64,000 nt of DNA. Origin: Raillietiella orientalis. Its lineage: Eukaryota. The notes under the pieces are model-generated. The model was given only the letters and a program-made list of their open reading frames with translations, did not search any database and was not told the origin of the DNA. Both the position numbers and the translations under genes were made by a program. The stretch lies in the NCBI GenBank assembly GCA_036172245.1, contig JAYWIR010000022.1, forward strand, positions 2,790,001 to 2,854,000. The letters are read 5' to 3'. This document shows, piece after piece, positions 13,201 to 27,800 of this stretch (positions within the stretch are counted from its first letter, which is position 1; each line of letters begins with the position of its first letter).

Positions 13201-15804
13201 ACTCTGCATGAAAAGCTAAAAAGTGCGGTAGTTTCATAATTTTCTACACTCCTTGGTGATGGTTTTTCAATTTGCATGAGAATCAATTCTTCAGCTGCAG
13301 AGAGCAAGTGCTTCCGGATTTTCAAATTACGTTCTACCCAATTAAAACGATGAACCCAGGCAACACACAAGGAAGGAAATCTTCTTCAAGATTACATCTC
13401 ATTTGATCACATTGCTTAGCCATTAGAAATTTATAAACGGAATTTCATGAATAGTTTAAAAAAATTACTTAAAGGGCTGTAAAAAGTTGAACTTTCAAAG
13501 GTTGGCAAAATGCAGTCACATCAACTATGGCAGCATCACCTTCCCGTACATTCCATGACTTGGGATTTGGAACTTCAGTTTGAAAGCTCATGCATGGATA
13601 TGACTCCTATTTCCTGCATGAAATGCCTGCTTACATGTTTCTATAGATGCTTTAGCACGATCGTCATAGTGATCATGTTTAAGTCATTTATTTTTTCAGG
13701 TCTCTGCGCAACAGTCCTTTCTGCCAACATTTTTCATCCCATTCTCCAATCCATACTCTTTCGCAGAACTTGCTGCGTTCAGTTTCAAAATCTACACGTT
13801 AATCTGCACTGCAAAAGTCGCGATTACTGATTTTCTAAAATCATGAATTTTTAAGTTGAGTGATTTTTTTTTGACGGGGAAAGTCAAAACTTGCTATTTT
13901 TCATATTAGTTTCCTTACATTATTGACAGTTTTTTTGAGAAGTAAAGATGACTGTCGTTTAAAGCAGTATACTAAAGGATTAAGCTTCGATTTACTTGAA
14001 GTAAGGTTGTCTTGTTTCCTCTAATGATGCATGGCAATTGTATTAGCCAGGTTTCCATGCAAAATAATAGTAACTTGTTTTGTAAACAAAAAGAGAATCC
14101 CAAGTTAATTAGTATTGTTTACGTATTCCACTTTTGCTATATGGGACTTTTTGATAGTTGCCTCTGAGATTTGGTACTTTGTAAAATAATGATTGATTGA
14201 TTTCCTTTTCACGTTTTCAGATTTTATGATGAACATCACTAATATTTCAGTGTGCGTTATTGTACAGTAAAAATAGTTTGAACTTTCTGCTGTTAGCTGT
14301 GAATCCCATCAAAACTCCCAGGGTGTATTTTAATTTCTGAAACATCAGTATCATCATTTTTGATAAGCCATTTTTAAAATCACTTACAAAGTGCACAAAA
14401 CGTATTTTTAGATTCAGCACATAATTCTAGATAAAGTTTAGTATTTATAGAACCGAAGAACCCCACACCAAATCAAAGATCTACTTGCTTCTATTTTCCG
14501 TATTACTTAATTTTCTACAATCACTGTTTGTAAACTCTTTTACTATTCAATTGTTGATGATTCTGTTCCTTACTCAATAAATGAGCCTTGTTTAAGTGAT
14601 TGTAGATATAAAGTTTTTCTTTTTTGAAAAAACTTTAACCTTTTTGGAATAGCGATCTCCATCCATCTGCCTTCCCATGAATACATAGAAGCTCTTGTAA
14701 TGATCTTCATTTAATTCATACTTCTGTATATCCTTCTGTAAGTCCTTCTGTATATTATTCCGTCTAGGCTCTCTAGTACCTCTATGTAGCCAAGTAAAAA
14801 ACTCGTTTATTAATCAAATTCACTTCTAGCATTGTTCAGTTATCAATCATTTAACTTGTTTTGCCTATATTTTCAAGAAACAGCGAATAAATTCAAGTTA
14901 CGATTCATTTTCGTTGTTAAGTAGACGTTGGTCATTAATTAGAATATTATGGCATTATTATTTATTGTTACCCACCAAAAATTCGTCGAGTTATCCAAAA
15001 AATATTCTTACAATTTTATACGAAGAAAAACTGGACAAGACAGCCTTTTAATAATCCTATGAAACAATATTAATAAGCGTATTTTTCGAATTTTCTGCCT
15101 TTTAGTTTTTGTGTTCAGGTGGCAACAGTTCAGTCTATAAATCAAATACTTAAGGTTTCGTTTTCCAGGAAGGTAGGCCTAGAGGGAAGAGCTCTCAGTG
15201 GGTCAGGTGTAAAGAGTGGTCTGTAAACAGTGTGGCAGTTCGATGATAGAACATATGCATTTGTGTACCTACTGTTTCAAATCTGCCGAGTACATAACGG
15301 TAATAATGTGGTATAATGATGCAGATTTGTATCCGGTTGATAATCGTATTGAAATGTTTGGAGATTTGGGACTCAGTTTGTAGTTGAACTCAGTTGTAAT
15401 ATTTGGACATCCATGATATTCCTCAAGGAAATAAATATTTCATGTTTTTTATGGATAGTTTGTGCTTATAGTGAACTTGATAGCCTTTACATGGCATAAA
15501 TATTTGTGTGAACCTAATGCATATCTTCATTTTTGGCAGCTGTATTAAATTTGTGTGTATAATATAAACAGACTCCATAATGGGCTTTATCGTATTATTT
15601 TATAAAAGTATTGTGTCTCCCTCCTGTGTCGTGTTTTCCCCAATATGAATGAAGCCGTAATCTGTCATGATTTCTTGTTATTTGAGTTTCTGTTTGATTT
15701 ATTTTGAGTGTTATTCCATTCCTGTCTTTGCCAAGGTATTGAATATCGTTTTTTATTTACAGCTGCGACAACGTTTTCGTATGGACACTTAATGTTCTTG
15801 CATC

Positions 15805-18800
15805 ATGAAAATACATTATATTTTGTTGGACAAAATTTTAGTTTTTTACATTGTTTATTTAGCATACATAATGTCAAATAAACCCTGTACATACTTCCAA
15901 GTATGGGGAACACATTTAAATAAGAGTACTAGTGTCAAGTTTCCCAGTTGGATCCATCTAAATGAGCCTATGAAGGTACTTTTTAAAACTTGTAGTGAAG
16001 GAACCTTAATGACAAGTGTGAAAGAAAATTTTGCCTTTGAAGTTAACGTGCTTCCAAGTGGTAGACTAAACTTGTCTATCCAGTCATTTACTCAGAATTT
16101 TATGTTAGAATTAGCAAGCAATATATTTGATAATAAGTGGCATTTTTTTTTATTGTATTTTAATGCTTCATCTGCATATGCTGTTGTGGATGAAAGTTTT
16201 ACCTTTATACCCAAACTGAATATCAATGATAGTTTGAAAAACTCCGAAACTGTGATTAGTGTTGGATACAATTATAGTGGGTGTATAGTTTTTATTGAAA
16301 ATGCAGAATTTCAAATCAAGGAATCTCGAAGAAATTCATGCATATTTGCAGAAGGTAAGGAGCATGAGTAATTTTTTCATCTCAAAAAATGAATAGAACA
16401 ACTGTTCTATTACTGCATGAATAATTTTTTGTCCAATTTTTGTATGAATTTAGCCGTCATCAACCTGTTTGATAAACTAAAAACGGAAAAATAAACTTGT
16501 TTTATTAATTCAATGTTTAAAGTTTACTAGATATATTTTGAATATCAAACTGATGCTATTTTGTAAATACAACTTTTTGTAATACTGTTCGAACAATATA
16601 TTTTCTGAAATAACACATGCCGTAGCCATCTGCTGATCATCAGGGTTAAAAAGATTTATCAGGTGGTGTTACTTCAAATTTTTTCAAGTATTTCACCTAT
16701 GGATTTATTGTTTCTAGGTTATAGTACTTTAGAATTTGTAATTAGTTGATTGAGTATTATGCTATCATTTATTTTTTTTCTTGTAACATCTGATATCATA
16801 AGTTAGAAATTGTTTATAAATGTGCATATGATTAATTCATTTAAATTCTCACGTTGAAAATCCTAATTAAGTTTCACGTGGTCCGCCAAATTTCCTGATT
16901 TTTAGACTTCTATAGATCCTCTGAAGATTTAGTGGCATTTTCGCAGCATAATTTAGGATTTGCATCATTATTTATTTGACCACCTTTCAAAGGGAAACTT
17001 CAGGTTTCTTCCAGTTCGTAGAAGGAGGGATTTGGATTAATTCATTTGCAAAAGAAAAGATTGAACTACTGGGTATTTTATATAAGAATACTCAGCAGTT
17101 TCTCTTTCCATTATGCTGTATGTTCAGCTTTGTACATTATTATGTGGTAGAATAGAAAGTCAAGTTACTGTTTTTGAACTCTCATTGTGAATGTGACAAT
17201 GTTTTTCTGTTGATGTGTATTCTGTGTGATAGATTTTTAAATTAATTTTGTTATTCCTCTAGGTTCCATTGAATCTGGAAATTTTTTTTTATTCAGTTTA
17301 GTCTAAAGTTCCTTGTTACATTCAAGTCCCTTTTTAAGTACATCACCTTTAATTCTAATTGTTTAAGACTATCAAACAAAACGGCAGTTACAGTGATATT
17401 TTTCTTGTAATTACCTTGAGAAATAGCAGTGGGAATATTAATTTAAAGTGTTATTTAGCATTTCACTCTTTGAATCAAAAGCATGCATATGGTGGTGGAA
17501 ATTAATGCAACTCAAACTGAATTCTTAACTGCTTGCACTTCTGTTTTGCCTAAAATCATGAAATCTGCATTTTCATGCAGTTACTGAAAACTGCGAGAAA
17601 TATTTGTTTACAAATTATGCATTTTTGGGTTAGTATTCCTTCTATTTAATGTTGTGTGACTAAGAAATATACATAAAAAAAAAATCTCGAGATTTCAGTT
17701 CCTTTTTTCAGCCTTAAATGAGATGATTTTTGGTTTTGATATTTTGAAATGTGTTTAGTCTTAGTGTGAACTTTGGAAGATTATACTTCCTTGCAAAATT
17801 TGTGAAAATTTGCATTCAATTATTTTTCTTTCATCATCTTTTATTATCCCCTGTCTCAAAGCAACGAACACAAATCACTTCATTAAATTCTTATTTGTGC
17901 CCTTGAGGATCTTATTTTGTGTGATTTTGCAGTTTCTGTAAACAACATCCGTTTGATTGGTATAATTCTCTCAGAATAAGGAATATCCTGACACACAAAT
18001 TATCCTGTATCATAAAATACTTCAGAAAGCATTGAATGATAGGCTTGGTATTCCTCACTCTCATACCTTTTAGTTAAAGGCCAGATAAGTTCGAATTATC
18101 GAATTACCTTAGTTATTGTGGTTTCCCTCAACTTTGGCTTTTTTGCATAAAACTATTGGATGTAATTTTTGTAATTATCATGTTTTGTTCATAAGAGCTA
18201 TTTTTATCAATATATTACAAAGGCTTTTTGGTTTCATTCCAGTGTTTATGTATCATTTAATAGATATTTATGTTACATAATAACATTTAAATTTTGTAAA
18301 TTTTTACTAAATTATATTTATATCAATTTATTAATTTATATTAAAAATTATAAAGCACAAAGCGCAACTCCACATTATTTTAGAAATTAAAATAAAAATC
18401 TTCATTATTCCGTAAAAATAACTAATTAATCAAAACGCTTATTTTGAAAATAAAACTTAACCTCATTTTTAGCTACCACTACTCTCAGAACAGAGCCAGT
18501 GAAACCTACAAGGTTTTTTTTAAATATTCTTGGATTTAGTCCTATTTTGAAATGATTTCAAATTTTAGAATTTGGGAGTATCAATTTGAGCATTTCATTT
18601 TGAATTTCTTAAAGAAAGTTTTTTCTTTCAAGTATTTAATGGTAATTAATATGAGTATGAAGTAATTGATATAAGTAATGAAATGTCATAATGTAATATG
18701 CTTTCCATCACCTACTGCATTGCATTGATGTATGCAGTCTGTATTTTTTTTTGTACAGTATTGCTTATCAAGTTTGGTTTACTCATGATATATTGAAACA

Positions 18801-21800
18801 TTGATTGAAATATTGAAAAGCCGATTTTGAAGTTTCAAATTTAGTGCTTGCAAATTAAACTTAAACATGTGGAAATTTCAAGATAGCAGTAAAATTTAAG
18901 AATTTTATTAAAAAGATTAAATAAAAGGATTGGCTATGCCAGAGAAATAGCATTGAATTGAAATTCTTATAAAAAAGGATCCGATGTTTTGGAAAAAAAG
19001 CTACTATGTATAAGAGTTATGTTAATGTTTTTGTTGCATTGAAATAATTGGCTTTGCAGAAGACCCTTCACTAATTGTACTGCCTAGTATGTTTCCCCAA
19101 TAGAATGACTGCAATTCGATCATTTCAAGGGATTGTTAGTTATGTGAGTGATTATTATATCAGATATAAAATTTTACACAGCAAATAAGAGGCAAAAAAG
19201 CAAATTGAAATCTGATAACTAGTGATAGCTTTTAAACATTTATCAAAGACATTTAAAGAATCAAAGCAGAAAAGTTAAAACTTATTGCTTGTCTTTTCAA
19301 ATAGTAACAAAGAAAGTGCATGCTGTAATTTGAAAATTATGATTAGAAAGAATTATCTTGAGTTTAGTTTGGAAGATTTTAAACATGTTTTTAGATTAAG
19401 TTGATGCAAAACTGTTGATGTATTCTACAGGAAATTTTCTATCTGTTTCTCCATTTAAGAATGCACTAATTTTAGTTCTATTTTCACTTTCCTACATAAT
19501 ACATGAATTAGAAAAATATCTAATTTTTTAAATTACAGAACTGGTAAATTATCATAGTAAACTGATTTGTTAGCTTCCAGGTATTTGTTTTAATTGACTT
19601 GTTATTTCTTTACATTTACAAATCTTCATGAAATTTTCATATATTCATTTTGTGATCTAAGAATTCAAGTAATAATCTGTTCTTGTGAAGTGTAAGCTCA
19701 CTGCAAAAAAGAAATTGGCCCATACATAAATTTTTGCATACTATATACGTTTCAATTCATACAAGGTGAACATAAATGTTTTAATTGTCAAAATGTTTTT
19801 AATTGCCTTAAATAAACCAGTTTAAATAAGTTACACAATTAGTTTCAAATGATTCAATCAATGCTTCAGTTAGTAAGTTTAATATTAATAAAACACATTA
19901 TTTGGCAAGTCAGCTACCAACTTTGGAAATCAGTAAGGTAATTACGTAAGTGTAATTAGGATTTTCCTAATGATCAAGACTTGGAAAGGTTTCTGCTAAT
20001 CATTATTGTAAGCGTTTAACATCGACTCTTACCACTTTGTACGCCTTTACTTATGATGAATTCTACTGATGTTTACACTTGAGAACAAAAAATAAATATT
20101 CTTTGTTACCAGTAAATGTAAATGGAATTTGTTTTAAGTGAAAAAAATACGAGAAAGTTTTCTGAATATGTTGATATGTTGCTTACATCATATTTTTATA
20201 GTAATAAGTTTATTTCAATCATCGTTTTAGAGTTACGTATTATTTGTAGGAAAAATTTGCCCTCAGATTGAAACTGTCTGTCTCCATGGGGAAAACTGTA
20301 CTGTGAATGCAAGTAAATTTGCTTGTATGTGTGCTGAGGGACATTTTTCTAAAATATGTGAAACATCACAGAATCTGAACAGCAATTTTTTATACAGCAG
20401 TTTTCCTGGCTGCATGCTTGCTTCAGGTAGTCTCAATGTTTTCATATATTTTCTGTTTGTGCAGTAAGTTGTGTACTTAAGTATTAATAAGGGTTTTATT
20501 AGTGGAACAAACTGACCTGCAGTATATGGATAAGAATTGTGCACTCTGTCTTACTGCTATGCACAGTACTTGTGCAGAAAAAAGGTAAAACTTGGCTTTC
20601 TGAATAAATTTTTAATCATGATTCTTGTGAACATCTTGTATTTTACTAACAGAAATGAAATCCTTGGTGAATGCTTCACCACCATGTGTGAAAATAAGAT
20701 TGACTACCTTGGTGTAGTGCAAAAATACTGTGAACTTGCTCGTAAACACGATAAATACTCATTAGAGGTAAGTAATTTGAAGCTTAGTTTTGAATCTGTC
20801 ATTCATTGTTTAGATAAGAGATTTGCAAAAGCATGCTATTAAATTTTTAATGTTTTTATATAACAGTTGTAACTTATGTGGTTGCATGCGGTATATCTAT
20901 ATGTGAGTTTGTGCACATGTACATGTATGTATCCTCCGTATCATATGTGTATGTATGAGAATATTAAGAATTCATTACTCAGATTACTCATGTTTTTAAA
21001 GAAATTGCCATCTCACAGTTTGGGATAAAAGTCTCATAATTTGATATTTCAGATTGTCAAAGCTTGTAATCCAAATCCTTGCCATAACAATGGAATATGT
21101 TATATCCATGATCATTTAAGTTCTGAAATTTGCCTATGCCCTCCTGGCTATTCAGGTATAATATAATTTCATGATTTTATTCTCTCATGTACCATTTAAT
21201 GTGACTAGGTGCTCATTGTGAATTTGCTCAGGATTGTTATGCTGAATTTTGTGAAATCAGTGATAAGTGTTCAGGTGCAGATGTCTGGCATCAGTGCACT
21301 TGCAATAACAGGCAGACATTATGCAGCATTAGTTGGAATCAGTGTGCTTCCTCTTACTGTGAAAATATGGGTACATGTTACTCAATAAATGGTCAAGATT
21401 TGTGTTTGTGCCCCTCAGGTAAATTTACGTAGATTTCTCAATCTTTTCTTAGCACATTTCATTTCTTGCTCCTTTTCTTTGAAACTGCTTTTTATCGTGG
21501 CATTTTTACTGCTTTAGCAGCCTTGTAGGTATAAGTAAATTCTATCACAGGCTGGGGTTCTGCTCCTTCCCTTCTTGTTTTGATGGAATCTTCACATTGA
21601 CAACATACTTCCTAAAGGGTTTGAAGGACTTCATTGCGAAATTCCTGTTTCTTCCTGTAATGAAATTGCTTGCAAACGAATTCAGGTAAAAAGCATCTAA
21701 ATACTTTAAAATCTGCTATGCTGATATACAAAGAGGGATGTCCACTGTGAAACTGGTTTGTGCCAAAATAATGGAACATGCATAAACATGGATTTGCCTG

Positions 21801-24800
21801 CAGGCTACAAATGTGACTGTTCTCCTGGGTTTACAGGCAAGTCTGATAATGAAAAAAGTTAATAACTTGTAGGATTTTTAGGAAGTCATTGTGAGGAAGA
21901 TATAAATGAGTGTGAATCTTTAGCTCCATGCATTCACGGAATTTGCCAAAATAAGCCAGGTATTAATTTGCTTGAAATGTTGCTAAGGCAAAAGTTAGAA
22001 TAACATGTTATTTTCATATTTTCAATAATCAAAACTTTTAGGTTCATATCAGTGTTATTGCCAACCAGGATTCTCTGGTGATAATTGCAGTGTTGATTTT
22101 GACGAGTGTCTGTCTAATCCATGCCAGAATAATGCTACATGTCACAATTTGATTAATGTTTACAAGTGCACTTGTGCCCCTGGTTATACAGGTATTAACT
22201 TTTCATAAAATTTTATTCTTCATACAAAGCTACATATTACGTTATTAAGTGAAAATTCTCATAAAAAATATGTCAAATTCACTTCAGGACAAAACTGTGA
22301 TACGGATATTGATGAGTGTTTATCAAGTCCATGTCATAATGGAGCTACTTGTGTAGATTTGATTGCTGGTTTTCAGTGTATTTGCATGCCTGGATTTACT
22401 GAAAGCTTGTGTGATGTTAATATTGATGAATGTGCAGTAAGTGAAACCATACAAATACTGAATGAAATACTAATTTCGAGCAGTCTTCTCCCTGTCAACA
22501 TGGAGGACAATGTGAAGATGGTGTAAACTTCTATTCTTGTGATTGTGCAAATACAGGATTTGAAGGAAAGCACTGTGAAATTAATATAGATGATTGTGCC
22601 AATACATTTTGTCAACATAATGCAACCTGCATTGATCTTATCAAGGATTTTGAGTGTTCATGTTTTCCTGGCTATAGTGGTAAGGATACCAGTTTAAGAA
22701 GTCATCTCTTCTCTTATCAAAGCATTTTTGCTTAGTATATTAATATTAAGTTTGCAGTCAGTTTATTTCATGTTTCGATTGTATGAAGCAGATAAGTTAA
22801 ATGGAGTTTGCTTCATAGCATTTTCAGTTTTACAAATAAAATTCCGTAAACAAATTGAAATATGAATAATAATAAAATTGTAGATAAATTAGTTTCTAAT
22901 AAAGTATTAATGCTGTGGGCAAATTATTTTTATGCCAATAATATTCATATAATCAAAAGGGATTTACCAAATAAATCACAAATAAAATGCAGATGCTTTG
23001 ATGTGGCCAACTCATTCACTATTCCCAAATTATTTAATGTCTTAGTGTGAGTATCGACTCATTCATGTTTAAGCACATCGCTGTTTTTTTTGATAAATCT
23101 GTTAAGGTTATTTATGTGCTTGTTCTTGCAGTGATGGAGTCAATGTAATGAAAGTGCAAAGCATGAGGTTTACAAACTGTTTATTTGATTAGAACGATAT
23201 TTCGTAGCAATGAAAGGTTTGAATATCTATATCAGTATTTGTTCTGTCATTTGGTGGTACAAGTGTGATTGAATTTGAATATTTTCGATTTATAGATGGG
23301 ATGTACATGTAGGAAAATAGTGAATGTGATTGCTTATCAATTTTTATGAAGACATCGTACTTAATTAAATTAATTGCATTTGTCACCAGAATTGCTGCAG
23401 TAGCAGCTTTGTTCGAATTTAATTTCCTTTTGTGTTGCTCATATTCTTTTGGTATGTATCTGTAGATAGTGCGGTTATAGCTATTTACTTTTATTCTAGA
23501 TATTACTGAAAAAATTGACTTCCTGAATTCTGGAATCTAGTGTAGAATAGTTTATGTCACATTGTTGGACCACTTTCATACTTTGATTAGAAAACCAGAG
23601 TACCTAGCTACTCCAGATTGTTTCTAATTTTTTTTCTTTTAAAGGTAACTTTGAGGTAACATGTCATCATTTGAAATGGTACGACAGGCATTTTTGAATT
23701 TTACGATCTTAAAGTTATAACATTAAAATTAGTATTCGTACCATTAAAAGCTTTTTATTGGAAATTGATGTCGATTTCTCGGTGCTGCCTTTCAGCCTAA
23801 GGAAATTCTGTCAAATGCTTTTGAAGTTCATTTTTCAACCATCTTAGCAGTTTGCTATTTTTTTGCAATCTTAGAAGCAGCATGTAGATTTTCCTTATAC
23901 AATTCTGTCATCAGCTGACAAAAATTTTAGATGCTACTGTGTCGTCATCGTCGAACTAGCTTTCTGATTCCAAATTTGGAATTTTATTCATTTTGTTAAG
24001 TGGTTCATATCTGAAAAAGTGCTTCATGTACTGTGTTTTTATTGAGGTTCGCTGGTTATTAATTTATTGTTTAAATGATAGTTTATTTTTCACTTGGGTT
24101 TAGCTAGTTCGAGTTCATTCAGGGCATACTTTAATCACATATGTATATGTTGCATATGTGTATATGCTGAATTTGTAAAGTACTTAAGAATATAAGTTTG
24201 AAAACAACTGTTTGCTCATCTCTGTTGTTGTTTCCTTATTATTTCATTTATGCCTTGTAAGCATATAAGGATAATAAAAATAATAAGGATATAAGAATGA
24301 AAGAATTTTTTTCTTTGTTGCTGCATGAGTTTTAAGTTTGAACTTTTCAGAGATAAGCCAAGAGATCATTCTGATTGTCATTTTCAAAATTTATTTTAGG
24401 AAAGCTGTGTGAGGTTGATATCCCAGAGTGTGCCTTATTTCCATGTCAAAATGAAGGAGTATGCTTGGAAAAATCCAACCGCACTTTATATGAAATGAAT
24501 TACTTGGATTTATTTCCGTCTTTTCATTATGAGCATGCATCTGGTTACATTTGTGTCTGTTCAGATGGTTTTACAGGACCAGACTGTGAAACAAATATTG
24601 ATGAATGTGAATCATCTCCTTGCAAATATGGAGTTTGTCATGATGGCATAAACTCTTATCTATGTGAATGCTTTGCTGGTTTTGAAGGTCAAATTTGTGA
24701 CAAGGAAATAGATGAATGCCTTGTCTATAATGCCTGCCTGCATGGGACATGTCAGGATTTGATTAATAGTTATCAGTGTACTTGCCATCCAGACTGGGGT

Positions 24801-27800
24801 GGAAAGAATTGTACTGTTCGTTTAGTGGGATGTGAAGATGTAATTTGTGAACAAGGTGGAACTTGTGTCCCTTATTTATTATATGAAACTGAACATCAGT
24901 ATCACTGCCTTTGTCCCCCTGGTTTCAGTGGAACGCAGTGTGAAGAAATAACTACTCTAAGTTTTTCTAATATTTCTTTTGTGAAGATTGATAATCACCA
25001 GTACGAGAATTATACTTTTAAATTGGAATTTGCAACAACTCTTCCAAACTCTGTGTTGCTTTTTGGTGCAGGAAATCACGATTTCAGTTTATCCTTATGT
25101 GATCAACATCTCTGCATGCAAAGCAGTTTCTCTTCCGATAGTAGCAAAATTCATCACTTATTTGAGAAAGTCATTCTCACTGATGGCTCATGGATTTATT
25201 TAAAGTTGTTTATTAATGCCACTGATGCGGTCATTGAACTGAAAAAAGATGATCAAATGAGATCGGATGTTATCAAAAATGTTGAAATCCAGGATTCGTT
25301 AATTATTGATTCAGTATTTCTTGGAAATTTCGGTAGTAATAAAGCAGATAAGGTAAATTCGATAGCAGCAGGCCGAGTTTTAACTTTTTTAATTTTGTAG
25401 GTGCAGCAGTATTTCAAAAATTTTGTTGGATGTATACGTGATATTGCCATTAATGAAGATTATGTCACAGTCAATCATAGTACTGCATATTTTTCAGATG
25501 TCACAGCAAGTTGTGCGAGGAAACAACAATGCCAACCTAATCCTTGTTTCAATAACGGGATTTGTAATGATCTGTGGGATCATTTTGAATGTATTTGTAA
25601 AAGACCTTACATCGGATATGTATGTGATGCAGGTAATCTAAAGATTGTGCACAATGGTTTCTGAGTCCTTATTTTGCAATGATCGTAAAAATTAAGGAAA
25701 TCATGAAAATAGTTTTGGGAAATTGTAAGAGACATCAATAATTTTGAGAAAATTCATTATCTGGTGTGCAATCATCTGGAATGATGAACCTTCGTATTAT
25801 TGCAGTCAAACCTTACTGCATTGCAAAATAGAGTAACTAGAATTTGTTTCTGGTTTATATTTTGTGATTGAATTTTTGATCTAACCAACGAAATGGTATT
25901 GTTTTGCAAGAAAATGGTTGCAAAGGATTACAAAATTAGCATAGGCCAATTTGTTTACTAAGCTAATTATACTGAGCAAAAATCTCAGAGATTGTTTATG
26001 ATCGATAAAAATTCCACGACCCAATTGTGTGAATGTGATGGAAAGTTACCATGACGTATACTCAATGATGGAATAGTCATCAATTGTGAATGATCTCGAA
26101 AGTTTCGCTAGTGTTGGAGTATTCGAAACCATTCAGGAAATATCGTGTTAAAGAGCAAAATTTGTTTGTTATTAAAGTACTTGTTATTTCCTATACTGAT
26201 GTTTAAGCAAAATGCATATGTTTTAAAAGGGCATGCCCTTTTAAAACATATGCATGTTATGTTATAAAACTACTATTACTAATGAAACCAGATTGTATTA
26301 GGAATGCAATGCATGTTGACTGTGTTTCCATGTTTTCGTGGATTTTCATTCCAAAATGCACGGGAAAAGCAAAACCGTGTTCATGTATTTTTTTTATTAT
26401 CATTATTATTTTAAAGATGATAGACACTTGGAAGAACAAGTTCAATATTTTTAATAATTTTTGTGCAAAACAGCATGAATGTATAATCTTGGAAGTTCGT
26501 TGTTTTTCATTTTAATGACAATTTACTGATTTGTATTCTGAAAATAATTTTATTTCGTAGCTTACATCCCAGTCACTTTTGGATACAATAAAACGAACTT
26601 TAGTTTGATTGAAGTAGAGCTGCATAAATCACTGACCCATAATCTTACTCGTTATTTGGAGATTTCTATGTTTATCCGAACACGACAAGAACAAGGAGTG
26701 GTGTATTACTTGGGCTCTCAGCCTGAGTCATTTTTTGCAAGTTCTATGTCGTATATTTTGATGGAGATTATTAATGGCCAGGTTGCATTAAAAGTTCAGC
26801 TAGAAGACACGACGTTATCTTTTCTTGTTGAGAATGTGTTCGTCAATGATGGCTTTTATCATCTTTTAAATGTAATTTATCATTCTGAGTGCTATGTTTT
26901 AATTTCGAAATGTTAGGTTAGTTTAGTCAATGATTTGCTCACCCTATACATCAATGAAACCAAGCATCTGAAGAGGATTAGTGAAATATTAAAACCTGTA
27001 AATGCCCAAATTCTAGTACTTGGAAACTTTCCTAGATTTGGGCAGAGAGTTCGCCGTGAAACCCCATCCTTGCTGCCCTTCAAAGGTTCTATTCTTGACA
27101 TTCAGGTAACTGCTTTGCTTTCGAGCATGTTTTCTAATTTTCCATTTGAATTGCTCAGATTCGTGATGAAAGTAATGTTTATATTCTGGAAATATATCCT
27201 ATTAACAATGAAACTCGGTCTGAATGGTTCACTACTAAAATTATAACTGGTGTAGTTCCAGGATCACCCAGTGATAATACTTGTGATCCTAACCCTTGTT
27301 TAAATAACGGTACTTGTTTTATTACTTGGAATGACTATAGGTAAGTTGTTAACTGTGTAACTTCTACAGCTGTTTAAATTCATAGATGTGAGTGTCCTTC
27401 TGGTTTCAACGGAAAAAGGTGTGAGGATCTTCAGTTATGTGAAATTGTACAATGTCCTGAGAAGAGCACTTGTGTGAATCGTGTAGATGGTTATGATTGC
27501 ATAATCAATGCTACGTTTAATGGTTATGATAGTTCTTTGGCTTACTCTCTTGTCACAGACGAGATTAATCTTGACCTTAATGCTACTATCGAATTCCAAT
27601 TTCGTACTCAACAAGGTGGCAGCTTATTTGCTGCAGCTGATGATGGAAGTTTGCTTTTTTTCACCATAGTAAATCACACAGTGCATTTTTTTATATGGTC
27701 GGCTGAAGGCGATACAAATGTTACCTTGGGAACTGATGCCATGAATGGTGAATGGCATAAGTTTGGATTATTTTTAAAAGATAGAACATACTATTATTAT

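Noticed and set aside
15781..15792. ATG GAC ACT TAA mini-uORF before the crumbs start
   Set aside because: The 5' UTR structure is unknown, and such triplets are common in AT-rich DNA.
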